Part shown: positions 1 to 9,682 of the stretch, piece after piece | How positions within the stretch are numbered: the first letter of the stretch is position 1 | Layout: each line of letters starts with the position of its first letter | Notes under the pieces: generated by a model | Databases searched by the model: none | What the model was told of the DNA's origin: nothing | The model's input: only the letters and a program-made list of their open reading frames with translations | DNA from: Promethearchaeota archaeon | GTDB taxonomy: Archaea > Asgardarchaeota > Lokiarchaeia > Sigyniarchaeales > SOKP01 | Reading direction: 5' to 3' | Assembly (NCBI GenBank): GCA_016840165.1 | Contig: JAEOSU010000099.1 | Location: 1-35,963 of the forward strand | Length of the DNA stretch: 35,963 nt | Translations under genes and position numbers: made by a program

Positions 1-204
1 CATAAGTATACGATCTTCATCTTTATTCTTTATTTCATAATATATAAATTAAGACTATTTTGTCTAAGATTCAAACTACTTTATAATAATTATTGACTTC
101 CCTTTTCTGTCAAAATATACTAATTTATGAAATCTTTTGTAATATCAACTATAAACTACTTCATTTTTGATAAATCCTTGTTATTTCCGTAATCATTAGT
201 TATA

Positions 205-1038
205 TTACGGAATTTCAACCCCTGGGACTTCAACCTTTAATAATTCAATTCTCCCACTTTTGCGTTTGCCCTCTAAATATTGGCTAGTGCATAGAAAAAG
301 AGTTCTTCCATCATTTCCCCCTAGAGCGCAAGCATAGACATTTGTATCTTTTACTTTAATAATAGAAATGATTTTACCTCCTTCTAAGACACGTAAGACT
401 TCAGCTTTGGATGGATTTGCGACCCAGATGGCTCCCTCTTCATCAAGACAAATTCCATCTGGCGCAAAATCTTTAAATTCTGCCCAAACTCTTCTATTTA
501 TCAGATTTCCTGAACTCTCAATATCAAAGGCAGTTAATTTCCCTCCAAAGGTTTCTGCTACAATAAAAGTCTTGCAGTCCGGTGTAACGATACATCCATT
601 GGGGAAAATGAGACTTTCGGCAACTATTCTCGCATCCCCGTCTTTAGTTACCAAGATGATGCATGTAGGTTCAGCTGGCGATTCAAGTGATTTAGTACCC
701 CAATTTCCTAGATATGTTCGTCCATGTGCATCAGTGACGGAGTCATTGCAGTTAAATTGAGTAAATTCGCTTAAATCTGCATGAATTTTCAATCCATCTG
801 GATCTAAACGCATTAGATAGCGTTTTTGCATTGAGACTATAAGCATGCTGCCATCATCCAAAAAGCCCAGTCCCGAAGGAGAATCCTGCATTTTTACTAA
901 AACTTCTGATTTGCCATTCTCATCAACTGCCATAACTTTTTTTCCGATAAAATCTGAAAAGAACAACTTTCCATTATGCCACCGAGGCGCTTCTGGAAAT
1001 CCAAGACCAGATAATAAAATTTTAGTCTCCATTTTCAT
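205..1038 (-). CDS. SMP-30/gluconolactonase/LRE family beta-propeller protein
   Basis: Motifs GLGFPEAPRW, PSGLGF, CNDSVTDAHGRTYLG, FPNGCIVTPD and APDGICLDEEGAIWVA match the SGL family. ATG at 1038 (or 1032) preferred over TTG at 1047. Confidence 0.9.
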   Translation of the reverse strand: MKMETKILLSGLGFPEAPRWHNGKLFFSDFIGKKVMAVDENGKSEVLVKMQDSPSGLGFLDDGSMLIVSMQKRYLMRLDPDGLKIHADLSEFTQFNCNDSVTDAHGRTYLGNWGTKSLESPAEPTCIILVTKDGDARIVAESLIFPNGCIVTPDCKTFIVAETFGGKLTAFDIESSGNLINRRVWAEFKDFAPDGICLDEEGAIWVANPSKAEVLRVLEGGKIISIIKVKDTNVYACALGGNDGRTLFLCTSQYLEGKRKSGRIELLKVEVPGVEIP

Positions 1039-1338
1039 GTTTAACAATTGATTTTTATTATAATAAAGTTATCTTGTTTAATTATCCCTTAAAATACTCA
1101 ATTTACTCATGTATTAGTATATTAATATAATTTGCCGGTATGTTCGATTAAATATCCGCATAGAGTAAAATTAAATCATGTTTCCATGGCTTTTTTGTTC
1201 AGAAAGAATTGGACTAAATATCTCTTAAATATCATTTCTTCAATTTTTTTTTTAATTTAGATTTGTAAAAAATTACTATAATACTTCATCGAATATCAGA
1301 AACTGATTATTTTCTTTAGTCTATATGGTGTCAAAAGC

Positions 1339-3132
1339 ATGAATAAGAGAAATATGATATTTTTTGTTCTTTCCTTTTTTATATTTATTTTTTTATTAAA
1401 TTTCTTAATCGGGCGATTAAATATAATTAATACTGGCACTTCATGTCTCAATTTTAAAATTAGAAACAATTATGGAGTGTACTTTGGCAATAATGAAGAC
1501 CATGCTATTCCCCAGATTTCGAATACGGTTATTACTTTTATACCCAACGGCTCAGAGTGGTATGACGGTTCGACAATAACATATGGAGCTGCTATACTTG
1601 GTTATGCCAATTTAAGTGGATTAAGCTGGTTTCAAGGAGGCATGAACGAAAAGGGATTGGCTTTTGATTCAACCTCGGTACCTTACACTGAACCAAATCT
1701 ACATGACGAGAGACCGCAGAATTTAGTTCCTGAAATATTCAGCTGTGAGACGATAAGTGAAGTTATTAATTATAAATCCTCACATCAGATTTACCAACAA
1801 GAGGGGAGCGTTCAATCAATGTATCTTGATAATACGGGGGAGTCCGTTGTGTTTAATATAGGAGTGGATGGTGAATTTGATTTTTTTCGCGATAATACCA
1901 CTTTTCAGTTAGCTTCTAATTATTATTTTAACGATACTTCACGAGGTAATCCAAGTTCAGATGCGATTAGAAGATATAATGCTGCGGAGCAAAAACTTGA
2001 AGATATCGACACAAATAATCCTATTTCAATAGAATCTATTGCGGATGTTTTGGATGCAGCTCATTTTGAAGGACCGCTCATAAATACCCTTTATTCGAAT
2101 ATTTTTGATATTGAAAATGGTATTATTTATCTTTACTATTTTCATCAATTTGGAGAGGTTGTAGTATTAGATCTTGAAGAGGAATTAGCAAAAGGTTGGC
2201 ATTCGTATCGAATTTGTGATTTATTTTCGCAAGATCTTGTAGATACTGCATTGAATGAATATTACGATTATTCAATCTTGATACGATTTTTTCCTACGGA
2301 TATCATTCTTTTATTTATAATAATTATTCTTGACATGATCATTAGTGCTTACGTGATATTTCTAATTATTAAGAAATTAATTTATAAAAAAGCAAAAAAG
2401 AAGCAAGAAAGCGAACTGGAGACGGATGTGGATTCATCTAAAGGAATGCACGTTCAAATATTTCTTTCCCTGGGCATGGTTTGGACTTTATTATGCTTTT
2501 CAATGATTTATTGGAATCGTTTTGGAGAATGGTGGCCATTTTTTGACAATATCCCGATTTTACAGTTGCCATTATTGCCTATCTATGCCTCTTACAACTT
2601 TTTTATGTTGCTAAGCGTAATTAGCATATTTCTTATCGCATTTCTTCCATATTTATTTAGCAACAAAGGAGAATTATTTTTACTAATGAAAAGTGGTATT
2701 TCTCTTGGAAAAGAGAAAAAATGGAGACTTATAACCAGCTTTGGTTTCCCCATACTACTTGCGATAGTATATCTTGCTCTCGAATTATTAAACTTCATTT
2801 CTAAGATAGATTGGCTCATGTTCGCAATATTCTATCCGCTAATCGTAGCTATGTTAATAATACTCGTTCCATTAGCAAAAAAGAAGGTAAAAAAATACCA
2901 CGATGACTCCGATAATGCATCAATTGGATATCTGATAAAAGCAAGCCTCATCTTAATTTTTATCTGGGCAGTTTGGTTCTTACCGCTTCTCTTAACAGGA
3001 ATCTTGGATCACATGTATCTTTTATTATTGTCAACCCTATCTCTATCTTTAGTTTTTCTTATCAGCATTGAATATATTAAAGAAATTCGAAGGCTTAGAG
3101 GAAAATTGTCTAATACAATGCAGTTGTCCTAA
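1339..3132 (+). CDS. Membrane protein: N-terminal signal/anchor, Ntn-hydrolase (C45/C59-like) ectodomain, about 7 C-terminal TM helices
   Basis: S-C-L-N-F...YFGNNED, QGGMNEKGLAFD, SNY, RRY and TLYSNIFD are typical of Cys-nucleophile Ntn hydrolases. Seven hydrophobic segments follow residue ~320. Confidence 0.75.
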   Translation: MNKRNMIFFVLSFFIFIFLLNFLIGRLNIINTGTSCLNFKIRNNYGVYFGNNEDHAIPQISNTVITFIPNGSEWYDGSTITYGAAILGYANLSGLSWFQGGMNEKGLAFDSTSVPYTEPNLHDERPQNLVPEIFSCETISEVINYKSSHQIYQQEGSVQSMYLDNTGESVVFNIGVDGEFDFFRDNTTFQLASNYYFNDTSRGNPSSDAIRRYNAAEQKLEDIDTNNPISIESIADVLDAAHFEGPLINTLYSNIFDIENGIIYLYYFHQFGEVVVLDLEEELAKGWHSYRICDLFSQDLVDTALNEYYDYSILIRFFPTDIILLFIIIILDMIISAYVIFLIIKKLIYKKAKKKQESELETDVDSSKGMHVQIFLSLGMVWTLLCFSMIYWNRFGEWWPFFDNIPILQLPLLPIYASYNFFMLLSVISIFLIAFLPYLFSNKGELFLLMKSGISLGKEKKWRLITSFGFPILLAIVYLALELLNFISKIDWLMFAIFYPLIVAMLIILVPLAKKKVKKYHDDSDNASIGYLIKASLILIFIWAVWFLPLLLTGILDHMYLLLLSTLSLSLVFLISIEYIKEIRRLRGKLSNTMQLS

Positions 3133-3376
3133 ACTTCTTGGAGAATTTTTAAATAATTAACTTTTTTGATAATTTAACAAAATTAGAAGATTTAGGAACT
3201 GATACCTAGAGATTAGTTAAACACTTTTATTTTTTCACTTCAGCAACTTTTATAGTCCAATTTAAAATTTTTTTAAATTTCTTTTGTTTTATGTTGATAT
3301 GTTGATAAACCTTAGGATTGTTTTATGAATTTTTTATAATGTTTAATTTTATTAAAAGATTTAAATTTCGTTAATA

Positions 3377-3973
3377 GTGATTATTATGATGAATTTTAAA
3401 TTAAATAATCAAGATTTTGCAGGTTTACTTTTTTTTCTTCTTGGCGCGCAATTTATGACGGTTTTGATGCTTTCGGCTGCTATTGCCCCAGGATATAATA
3501 TAAATATGTCGGCAATTAGTGATTTAGGCGTCATTAGTTCAACGGCTTGGTTGTTTAACATTTCTGTTATTGCTGTTGGAATATTGAATATTATTGGGGG
3601 TTATCTGTATTATACAAGACATAAAGATATTAAAATACTCTTAATCTTTACGATATCGGGGGTAGGTGCGATGGGAGCGGGAATTTTCCCTCTAAATACT
3701 TCTGATCTTCATTCTATTTTTGCACTTTTAGCATTTCTATTTTTCAATTTACAGCCTTTGATAACCAGTACAAAGTTAACGAGCACTATCAAGATTATGT
3801 CGCTCTTTTTAGGAGTTATAGGATTAATTTTCGTGGTGATAATGATAATAGGTGATTCTGGATACACAGCAATATTTGGGATCATAGGTCATGGCGGGGC
3901 AGAGCGGATGATAGTCTATCCTCCGATGTTATGGATGATGGTCTTTGGAGGATACTTAATAGGAGTAAAATAA
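3377..3973 (+). CDS. DUF998-family membrane protein
   Basis: PGY...AISDLG, FN, GAGIFP, LH and GGAERM motifs in a 5-TM protein. The start may be a downstream ATG. Confidence 0.8.
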   Translation: MIIMMNFKLNNQDFAGLLFFLLGAQFMTVLMLSAAIAPGYNINMSAISDLGVISSTAWLFNISVIAVGILNIIGGYLYYTRHKDIKILLIFTISGVGAMGAGIFPLNTSDLHSIFALLAFLFFNLQPLITSTKLTSTIKIMSLFLGVIGLIFVVIMIIGDSGYTAIFGIIGHGGAERMIVYPPMLWMMVFGGYLIGVK

Positions 3974-4024
3974 CATTTATATTTCGTGATGTGATCTAAT
4001 TTTTAAACATAAACTAATCCATAA

Positions 4025-4044
4025 TTTTTTGATTAAAAAAAAAA
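4025..4044. terminator. Probable bidirectional oligo-T terminator between convergent genes
   Basis: T6 (4025-4030) on + and A10 (4035-4044, i.e. T10 on -) lie between stop codons at 3973 and 4082. Confidence 0.45.
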
Positions 4045-4081
4045 GGTTTATATATTTTTTTATCTCTTTTGGAAAAGAATG

Positions 4082-4396
4082 TTAACCTTTTAATTGCTTT
4101 TTCAATTTTAACACGATGGGAATTACTTTAGCTACTTCTATAGCGGGGCTAGTTTTAACAAATTTAATAAAACCTGGTTTAGCAACTCTCCACATATTAG
4201 TGCTCCTTACCATCGCTTCTTCACTTTCGGCTTCATCTACCTCAATACCCCAATAATCGGAGGTACTGATATAATATGCGAGCTGTTTGACTCCTTCAGC
4301 AGGGTATAGTTTCTTACCAATAAGTTCTTGTCCTATCGCAGCCATTTCTGCTGGATCAAAATCAGGATTTAATTCCCAGTATGAAATAAATATCAT
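4082..4396 (-). CDS. DUF3303-like (ferredoxin-like fold) protein
   Basis: MIFISYWEL...GVKQLAYY....WGIEVDEAES..AM....W...KTSPA pattern. GTGA SD-like motif upstream. Confidence 0.65.
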   Translation of the reverse strand: MIFISYWELNPDFDPAEMAAIGQELIGKKLYPAEGVKQLAYYISTSDYWGIEVDEAESEEAMVRSTNMWRVAKPGFIKFVKTSPAIEVAKVIPIVLKLKKQLKG

Positions 4397-4547
4397 CTTG
4401 ATTTATCACTTCATTATTATCATTTTAATTTGTTTTATTATTAGATTTCAGAGTAAATTACAAAATAGTAAAAGCGAATATTTAAGTTTTTACTTTTTTG
4501 TAAAAAACTCTCAAATTCAATTGAAATCTTTACAGAATTTAAACTAT

Positions 4548-4919
4548 TTATCCTCCGGTAGGTTGGGTCGTACTCTGTTCAATCACTAACAATGAAGTAC
4601 GAGCTAAGGCTCTAGTTCGATGCATTACTCCTTTAGGTACAGTAAAACCTTGATGTTGTTTCACTTCAACCGTTTTTTCTTCCAAATCAATTAAAAGTAC
4701 ACCTTCAATAACGAAAAAGAACTCATCTTCCTTTTCATGCTTATGCCAATGAAATTCCCCCTCAATAACAGCAAGTCTGACTATAGAGTCATTGACAACA
4801 CACAAAGATAGATTTTGCCATTCTTTATCGGACGAAGCAATGATTTGAGGGATGTTAATAAGCTCAAGAGGTTTAAATTTTACCTCAAGATCAATAGAAT
4901 ATTTATCATAATCATGCAT
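4548..4919 (-). CDS. Cupin domain protein
   Basis: GEFHWHKHEKEDEFFFVIEG...VPKGVMHRT cupin metal-binding motifs. Confidence 0.9.
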   Translation of the reverse strand: MHDYDKYSIDLEVKFKPLELINIPQIIASSDKEWQNLSLCVVNDSIVRLAVIEGEFHWHKHEKEDEFFFVIEGVLLIDLEEKTVEVKQHQGFTVPKGVMHRTRALARTSLLVIEQSTTQPTGG

Positions 4920-4922
4920 TTT
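4836..4922. repeat. Direct repeat A, copy 1 (5' end of the intact cupin gene)
   Basis: 87 bp, 82/87 identical without gaps to 9990-10076. Confidence 0.95.
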
Positions 4923-4968
4923 AATTCTACTTAATTAGCTTGGAAGGTTCTTTATTAATAAATTATTT

Positions 4969-6261
4969 TTATATGTTTTCATTTTGTTTAGATTTGGCAA
5001 AATAATTAGTAATTCTTCGTCCAAATTTTTCTTGTTGACGCCAATCACCATATATTAAATCTTGATTGATTAAATTGCTGATTCGTTTTCTTAAGTTTTT
5101 GCTCAATTTTGTAGGTTTTTTATATTGAAAAGGAGTGCCTGGTAATGGGATAAACGTATGAGCATGTATTCTAGCTCCTAATTTAGTTAAGTCATCAATA
5201 ACTTTAAGAGTTTTCTGGACATCTTCCTCAGTTTCATTCGGTAAGCCAAAAATAAAATCTACATTAGCTTGCAAACCAGAATTAATTGTGCATTTTACAG
5301 CGTTATAGATATCTTCTACAGTATGTCCCCTATGACATTTATCCAAAACTTCTTGGCTTCCAGACTGAGCACCAATAATTAAGTTATCATTATTTGCGTA
5401 CTTTCGAATTAAATCTATCACGTCATTATTGACATTTTCTGGTCGTACCTCTGAAGGAAAACTGCCGAAAAAAATCCTGCCTTTAGGGCCCAATATATTT
5501 CTGATTTGACTTAGTAAATCATCAATCAAATTTAGATTAAGTGTATTATCAAGAGAACCATAAAGAAATCCGTTTGGAGATATAAATCTTATATCATTAA
5601 ATCCATGCTCCTTGGATATTTTCACATATTTGGTGATTGATTCGATATTTCTATGTCTTGATTTTGTCCCAAAAATATAAGGTGTTTGGCAAAAATAGCA
5701 CAAGAAGGGACAACCTCTTGTTATTTCAATTGGACCAAGTTTATTGTATTTAACTGAAAAAGGAGGATAATCATTAAGATCAATATAAGGAGTTACTTTT
5801 TTCTTAACAAAGTTTTCATCTTCGTCGATAAAAGCAATTCCATCATTATCCCTAAAATCGTTACTTTCTTTAATTTGAGTCAGAATATTTGGAAAAGTTT
5901 CCTCACCCTCTCCTAGGACACAAGCATCAAATTCCATTTTTAGAGTTCCTTTTGGATCTCCTGTGGGGTGTGGTCCTCCTGCGAAAAAAAGGGGTTTATT
6001 ACCAAACTTACTTCTCAATTCCACTACAGTATCCCAAATATCCCACAATTGATTGGATGCAAAAGAAAATCCAACAATTACTTTTTCGTATGAGGATATA
6101 GTATTAGTTATATTTGAGATTAAATCCTCTTTATTATTTGGAAATAAAATTTGTAAATTTTTTAATTCATCATTAATTTCAATAGCCCCAGTTAATGCAT
6201 TGAAGCTGTATCTGTTCTGTTTAGTATAGTAGCAAATGAGTATTATTTTTTTGTCATCCAA
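4969..6261 (-). CDS. B12-binding domain/radical SAM protein (TIGR04013-like)
   Basis: NRYSFNAL N-terminus, AGGPHPT and GEGEE cobalamin-domain motifs, EITRGCPFLCYFC (CxxxCxxC), FGSFPSEVRP, HAHTFIPLPGTP. TTG start. Confidence 0.9.
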   Translation of the reverse strand: MDDKKIILICYYTKQNRYSFNALTGAIEINDELKNLQILFPNNKEDLISNITNTISSYEKVIVGFSFASNQLWDIWDTVVELRSKFGNKPLFFAGGPHPTGDPKGTLKMEFDACVLGEGEETFPNILTQIKESNDFRDNDGIAFIDEDENFVKKKVTPYIDLNDYPPFSVKYNKLGPIEITRGCPFLCYFCQTPYIFGTKSRHRNIESITKYVKISKEHGFNDIRFISPNGFLYGSLDNTLNLNLIDDLLSQIRNILGPKGRIFFGSFPSEVRPENVNNDVIDLIRKYANNDNLIIGAQSGSQEVLDKCHRGHTVEDIYNAVKCTINSGLQANVDFIFGLPNETEEDVQKTLKVIDDLTKLGARIHAHTFIPLPGTPFQYKKPTKLSKNLRKRISNLINQDLIYGDWRQQEKFGRRITNYFAKSKQNENI

Positions 6262-6283
6262 TAACTTATCACTTTAATCAAAG

Positions 6284-9079
6284 TTAATTAATGTCTAATG
6301 AATGTTTCCATAATTTGGCTCTTTCTAATAGAGTTTGATTTTTTTCATGTAAAATAATATGCCTAATAATTTGTATACCTAAATCTTCGTTTATTTGTAA
6401 AATTTTCTCAATATAATCAAAACTAGTTATTCTAATAATTGAGTCATTATCTTTAATGAGATCCCAAATAAGTTCAATAACTATATCTCTATATTTTTCT
6501 AAAGGTAGGATTGATAATAGAAATTTAAATGATTTTTCTATAGCAATCGGTCGTCTTACATTTTTATCTTGATCATCCTCTAGGAAATATCTCATTAACT
6601 CTAAAGTTTTATCAGGATATGCATCATAAAAAAAGTGAAGATTACGAGATAGACAAATTCTCATATTGATCTTATCACTATTACATACCAACTCAACTTT
6701 TTTCAAACCTTTTTCGATATCCGAATTAATTGTATCAAGCAGTTTCCAAAAATCTTTTAAAGTAGAGATATCTTCATTATAGTATTTATACTTCTTCATA
6801 TCAGCTACAAATTTTTTGAACAATTTCTCTGCTTCTATTTTATTTATCCTGTTCCTCCACGAGTTTAAAAGTTCAACGATAGCAATAAGGGTAAAAATTT
6901 CATCTCCTTCAATAATTTGAATCTGTTCTTTAATAAAGGCAGGTTCCTTATCTAATATCACATCAAGAGCTTCAATGACTCTTCTTCTAATATCTGATTT
7001 CCATTCATCATCATCAAAATCTCTTCGTAATTCCCTAGCAATTGACTTAGCTCCATTTAAGTGTAAATCGAATAAGATTGGGAGAATTTCAGCTACTTGC
7101 CTTTTAAATTCATAATCAGAATTCAAACAAAACTCCATTATACATTCAGAAAATTCATTTGAATTGACTATTTCATAATTATCCCATTTTCTTGCAATGA
7201 AAATACCAATCAACTCATCAAAGTTTAATTTATCTTGATGTATCGTCAACCGAGACAAAGCGGAGATAACTCCGCCTTCATCATTTTGTTCAAAAAGTTC
7301 ACACGCTGGTAAAAGCCCTTTATACACTCTTCCTAAATAGTTTTCAATGAGATAATATAATTCATCTCTTTTTAGTTTCTTTAAAAGATCTATTGCTAAC
7401 ATTCTATGAGGGAAAGAGATAGGTGTTGGTTGCTTAATCGTTGGAATACAAGGTGGTAATAACCATGGATTTTCCCCCATTTGCTGTTGCCATTTTTTTA
7501 ATATAGAATCTAAAGCTAATTTGATATCTAATTGATTAGTAATTTCTTTTAATTTTTCTTTTGTCTTCTGTGGGCCAATTGTTACCACGCTTTCTAAATC
7601 ATCTCTTCCAAAGACCCTTTCATTGTTAAGTAAAAAAAGACACGCGCATAGCAAATATATTTTTTTTTCTAGAATATGGTCTTCTAAATAGGAACTTATT
7701 TTATCATTCAAACCACCTAAAATTGCAATTATTTCCCAAGGTGCATTCAGTTTTCCCCATTGAATGGTTTCATATTCTTTTTTATTAAAAAATTCAAAAT
7801 TATGTGCTAACCAATTCCACCATACCTTAAAAAATTTCTTCCATTTGCTCCATAATTTATCTAAGGTAACTTCTTGGGAATTAAATCCCCAATAACTATA
7901 CATTATTAATTGATCTTTTTTAGCAGCTGTTGAATTTGTCATAAATTCTTGGGTCTGGATAGTAAAACCTATCAACCACCAATCTTTACCACGTTTCTCA
8001 CGTAATTCTACAACCCTCTTAATTTGTTTCTGAGAAAATTTTGAAATATTTTGAAAGTCATCTATGATGAATAATACATTTTTGTCGATTTCACCCAAAA
8101 TGGTTTCAATTTTATCCCAATGCTGCGTTTCCATGATATTTGGATTATTTATTAAAAAAACATATCCATTATATGTTTTTTTCCAAAATGCTGCTAAATA
8201 AAGCATAAACTTACTCTTACCTTTTCCACTTCCACCAAATACTGCTGCTTTTTTCATATTTTTCAACCTATTCCATATCATTTGAAAATATGAATCAGGT
8301 GGAGGTAAAATTATTAATGAATCAGAGAGGGAATTATATATCATACCCCTAATACCATTCATTAAAAGCTTTAGCCTTGAGATATACCAATTATTAAATT
8401 CTTTATTTTCTAAATGGTGACTCCATTTTTTCTCCCATTGTTTAATCCAATCTAATGGCATTTGACTCAAATCAATTGGATTATTGAAATTTTCTAATTT
8501 AAGTGAGTCTGGAACCTTGAAATCCTTTCCTTGCCATGAAATGGATGATTTCTCCCATTCAAGTTTTATAATGTAATCTTTCAAAATAGACTCTTCTATT
8601 ATATTTGATATATCTTTTTTTATTAATCGCAAATCAGTTGAAATTCCTTCTTCATATCTCGATTGAGGAATGTTCGAAATTATTTTTTTCTTAATGATTC
8701 TGTTAATTTCAGTTATATTATATGTAAAGTTGTGACTATTATATTCAACCCCTTCTCTTGCGCTTAAAAGAGGTGGTATGTGATCCTTATTTAAAAATAC
8801 TGGGATTATTGGCTTCTCTAAAGAATCTGCTGCTGTCCATTCCTTTTCAACATTTTTGGATTTTAATGAATTAGGAGAACAAAATAAAAGTACAACATCA
8901 CACAATCCAATACCATCACTCATATACTTTACAAAATTATCGTAGATCTCTTCTTCAAAACATAAAACCTCATCTATTCCATCACAATTTTTAAGAGAAT
9001 TCACTATCTCAGTAATCTTAAACTTTTTCGAATCCTTTATGCTATAGCTTATAAATACCTTAATATGTGATATATTCAT
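6284..9079 (-). CDS. TIR domain + P-loop NTPase (STAND-like) + C-terminal HEAT/ARM-like repeats
   Basis: TIR: KVFISYS...VVLLFCSPNSLKSKNVEKEW...IIPVF. Walker A GGSGKGKS (8213-8236) and Walker B LFIIDD. C-terminal helical repeats such as DYEFKRQVAEIL, SDIRRRVIEAL, DQDKNVRRPIA and DNDSIIRITS. Confidence 0.8.
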   Translation of the reverse strand: MNISHIKVFISYSIKDSKKFKITEIVNSLKNCDGIDEVLCFEEEIYDNFVKYMSDGIGLCDVVLLFCSPNSLKSKNVEKEWTAADSLEKPIIPVFLNKDHIPPLLSAREGVEYNSHNFTYNITEINRIIKKKIISNIPQSRYEEGISTDLRLIKKDISNIIEESILKDYIIKLEWEKSSISWQGKDFKVPDSLKLENFNNPIDLSQMPLDWIKQWEKKWSHHLENKEFNNWYISRLKLLMNGIRGMIYNSLSDSLIILPPPDSYFQMIWNRLKNMKKAAVFGGSGKGKSKFMLYLAAFWKKTYNGYVFLINNPNIMETQHWDKIETILGEIDKNVLFIIDDFQNISKFSQKQIKRVVELREKRGKDWWLIGFTIQTQEFMTNSTAAKKDQLIMYSYWGFNSQEVTLDKLWSKWKKFFKVWWNWLAHNFEFFNKKEYETIQWGKLNAPWEIIAILGGLNDKISSYLEDHILEKKIYLLCACLFLLNNERVFGRDDLESVVTIGPQKTKEKLKEITNQLDIKLALDSILKKWQQQMGENPWLLPPCIPTIKQPTPISFPHRMLAIDLLKKLKRDELYYLIENYLGRVYKGLLPACELFEQNDEGGVISALSRLTIHQDKLNFDELIGIFIARKWDNYEIVNSNEFSECIMEFCLNSDYEFKRQVAEILPILFDLHLNGAKSIARELRRDFDDDEWKSDIRRRVIEALDVILDKEPAFIKEQIQIIEGDEIFTLIAIVELLNSWRNRINKIEAEKLFKKFVADMKKYKYYNEDISTLKDFWKLLDTINSDIEKGLKKVELVCNSDKINMRICLSRNLHFFYDAYPDKTLELMRYFLEDDQDKNVRRPIAIEKSFKFLLSILPLEKYRDIVIELIWDLIKDNDSIIRITSFDYIEKILQINEDLGIQIIRHIILHEKNQTLLERAKLWKHSLDIN

Positions 9080-9263
9080 ACTTCTTTTCCAATTATATTA
9101 TCAATCACTTTTTAATGCAAAATTACGTATTTTTAATATATAGGCTCTCACTATACCATCTTTTCTAATTTTCATAACTATCTTTCTAATAATTCTTAAA
9201 TTAAGTGTGATCAATTTTTCTATTTATATTTTTCATCTTTTGTAATATTTTTATTGATTACAT

Positions 9264-9348
9264 TCTATTTAAAATTTAGATTTAACGATCTAGCTGATCT
9301 GACATTATGAATAACCTAAATATTTAAAAAAAGCGGATTCTTTGGTAG
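9264..9348. repeat. Direct repeat B, copy 1 (intergenic)
   Basis: 85 bp, 74/85 identical without gaps to 13023-13107. Confidence 0.92.
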
Positions 9349-9682
9349 AAATCACATCCATCTTTACGATTGGAATTTTCTCGAATGTAATTTCTGGAAA
9401 GATAGTCATCTAAGAAAGGTATATAAATTCTTGTTCTAATTTTTGCCATTATTCATGTAATATAAGGAATAATAAATCCAATTAAAAAAACCAACGGAAT
9501 CACCCACCACAACTCCAAATTCTGAGTATTTATTGAACAATATTACCCATTTTTTCGCCTAATGGGTTATACCATATAGGTTCGCAATAAACAAGAGAGC
9601 CTACATAAATTATTGTTGCTCCCACTCCACAAATAACCGAAACTATCCCGCTTATGATTAGCCACTTATTCCAATTTTCCAT
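9324..9682 (-). pseudogene. Probable degraded small 2-TM membrane protein gene
   Basis: GGTGG SD then ATG at 9682 gives MENWNKWLIISGIVSVICGVGATIIYVGSLVYCEPIWYNPLGEKMG.., which stops at 9530. A shifted frame continues YCSINTQNLELWWVIPLVFLIGFIIPYIT*IMAKIRTRI.. with TGA at 9455-9453. The 3' end is uncertain. Confidence 0.45.

Noticed and set aside
1-20. Possible start of a minus-strand gene running off the window (ATG at 20, MKIVYL..)
   Set aside because: Too little sequence to support.
3284-3330. Short direct repeats (ATGTTGAT x2, TTGTTTTATG x2) upstream of the DUF998 gene
   Set aside because: Short and AT-rich, so compatible with chance or slippage.
9453-9455. In-frame TGA as possible selenocysteine
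   Set aside because: The context is the end of a TM helix in an already frameshifted ORF, with no redox motif and no SECIS-like hairpin recognised. TGG>TGA decay is simpler.
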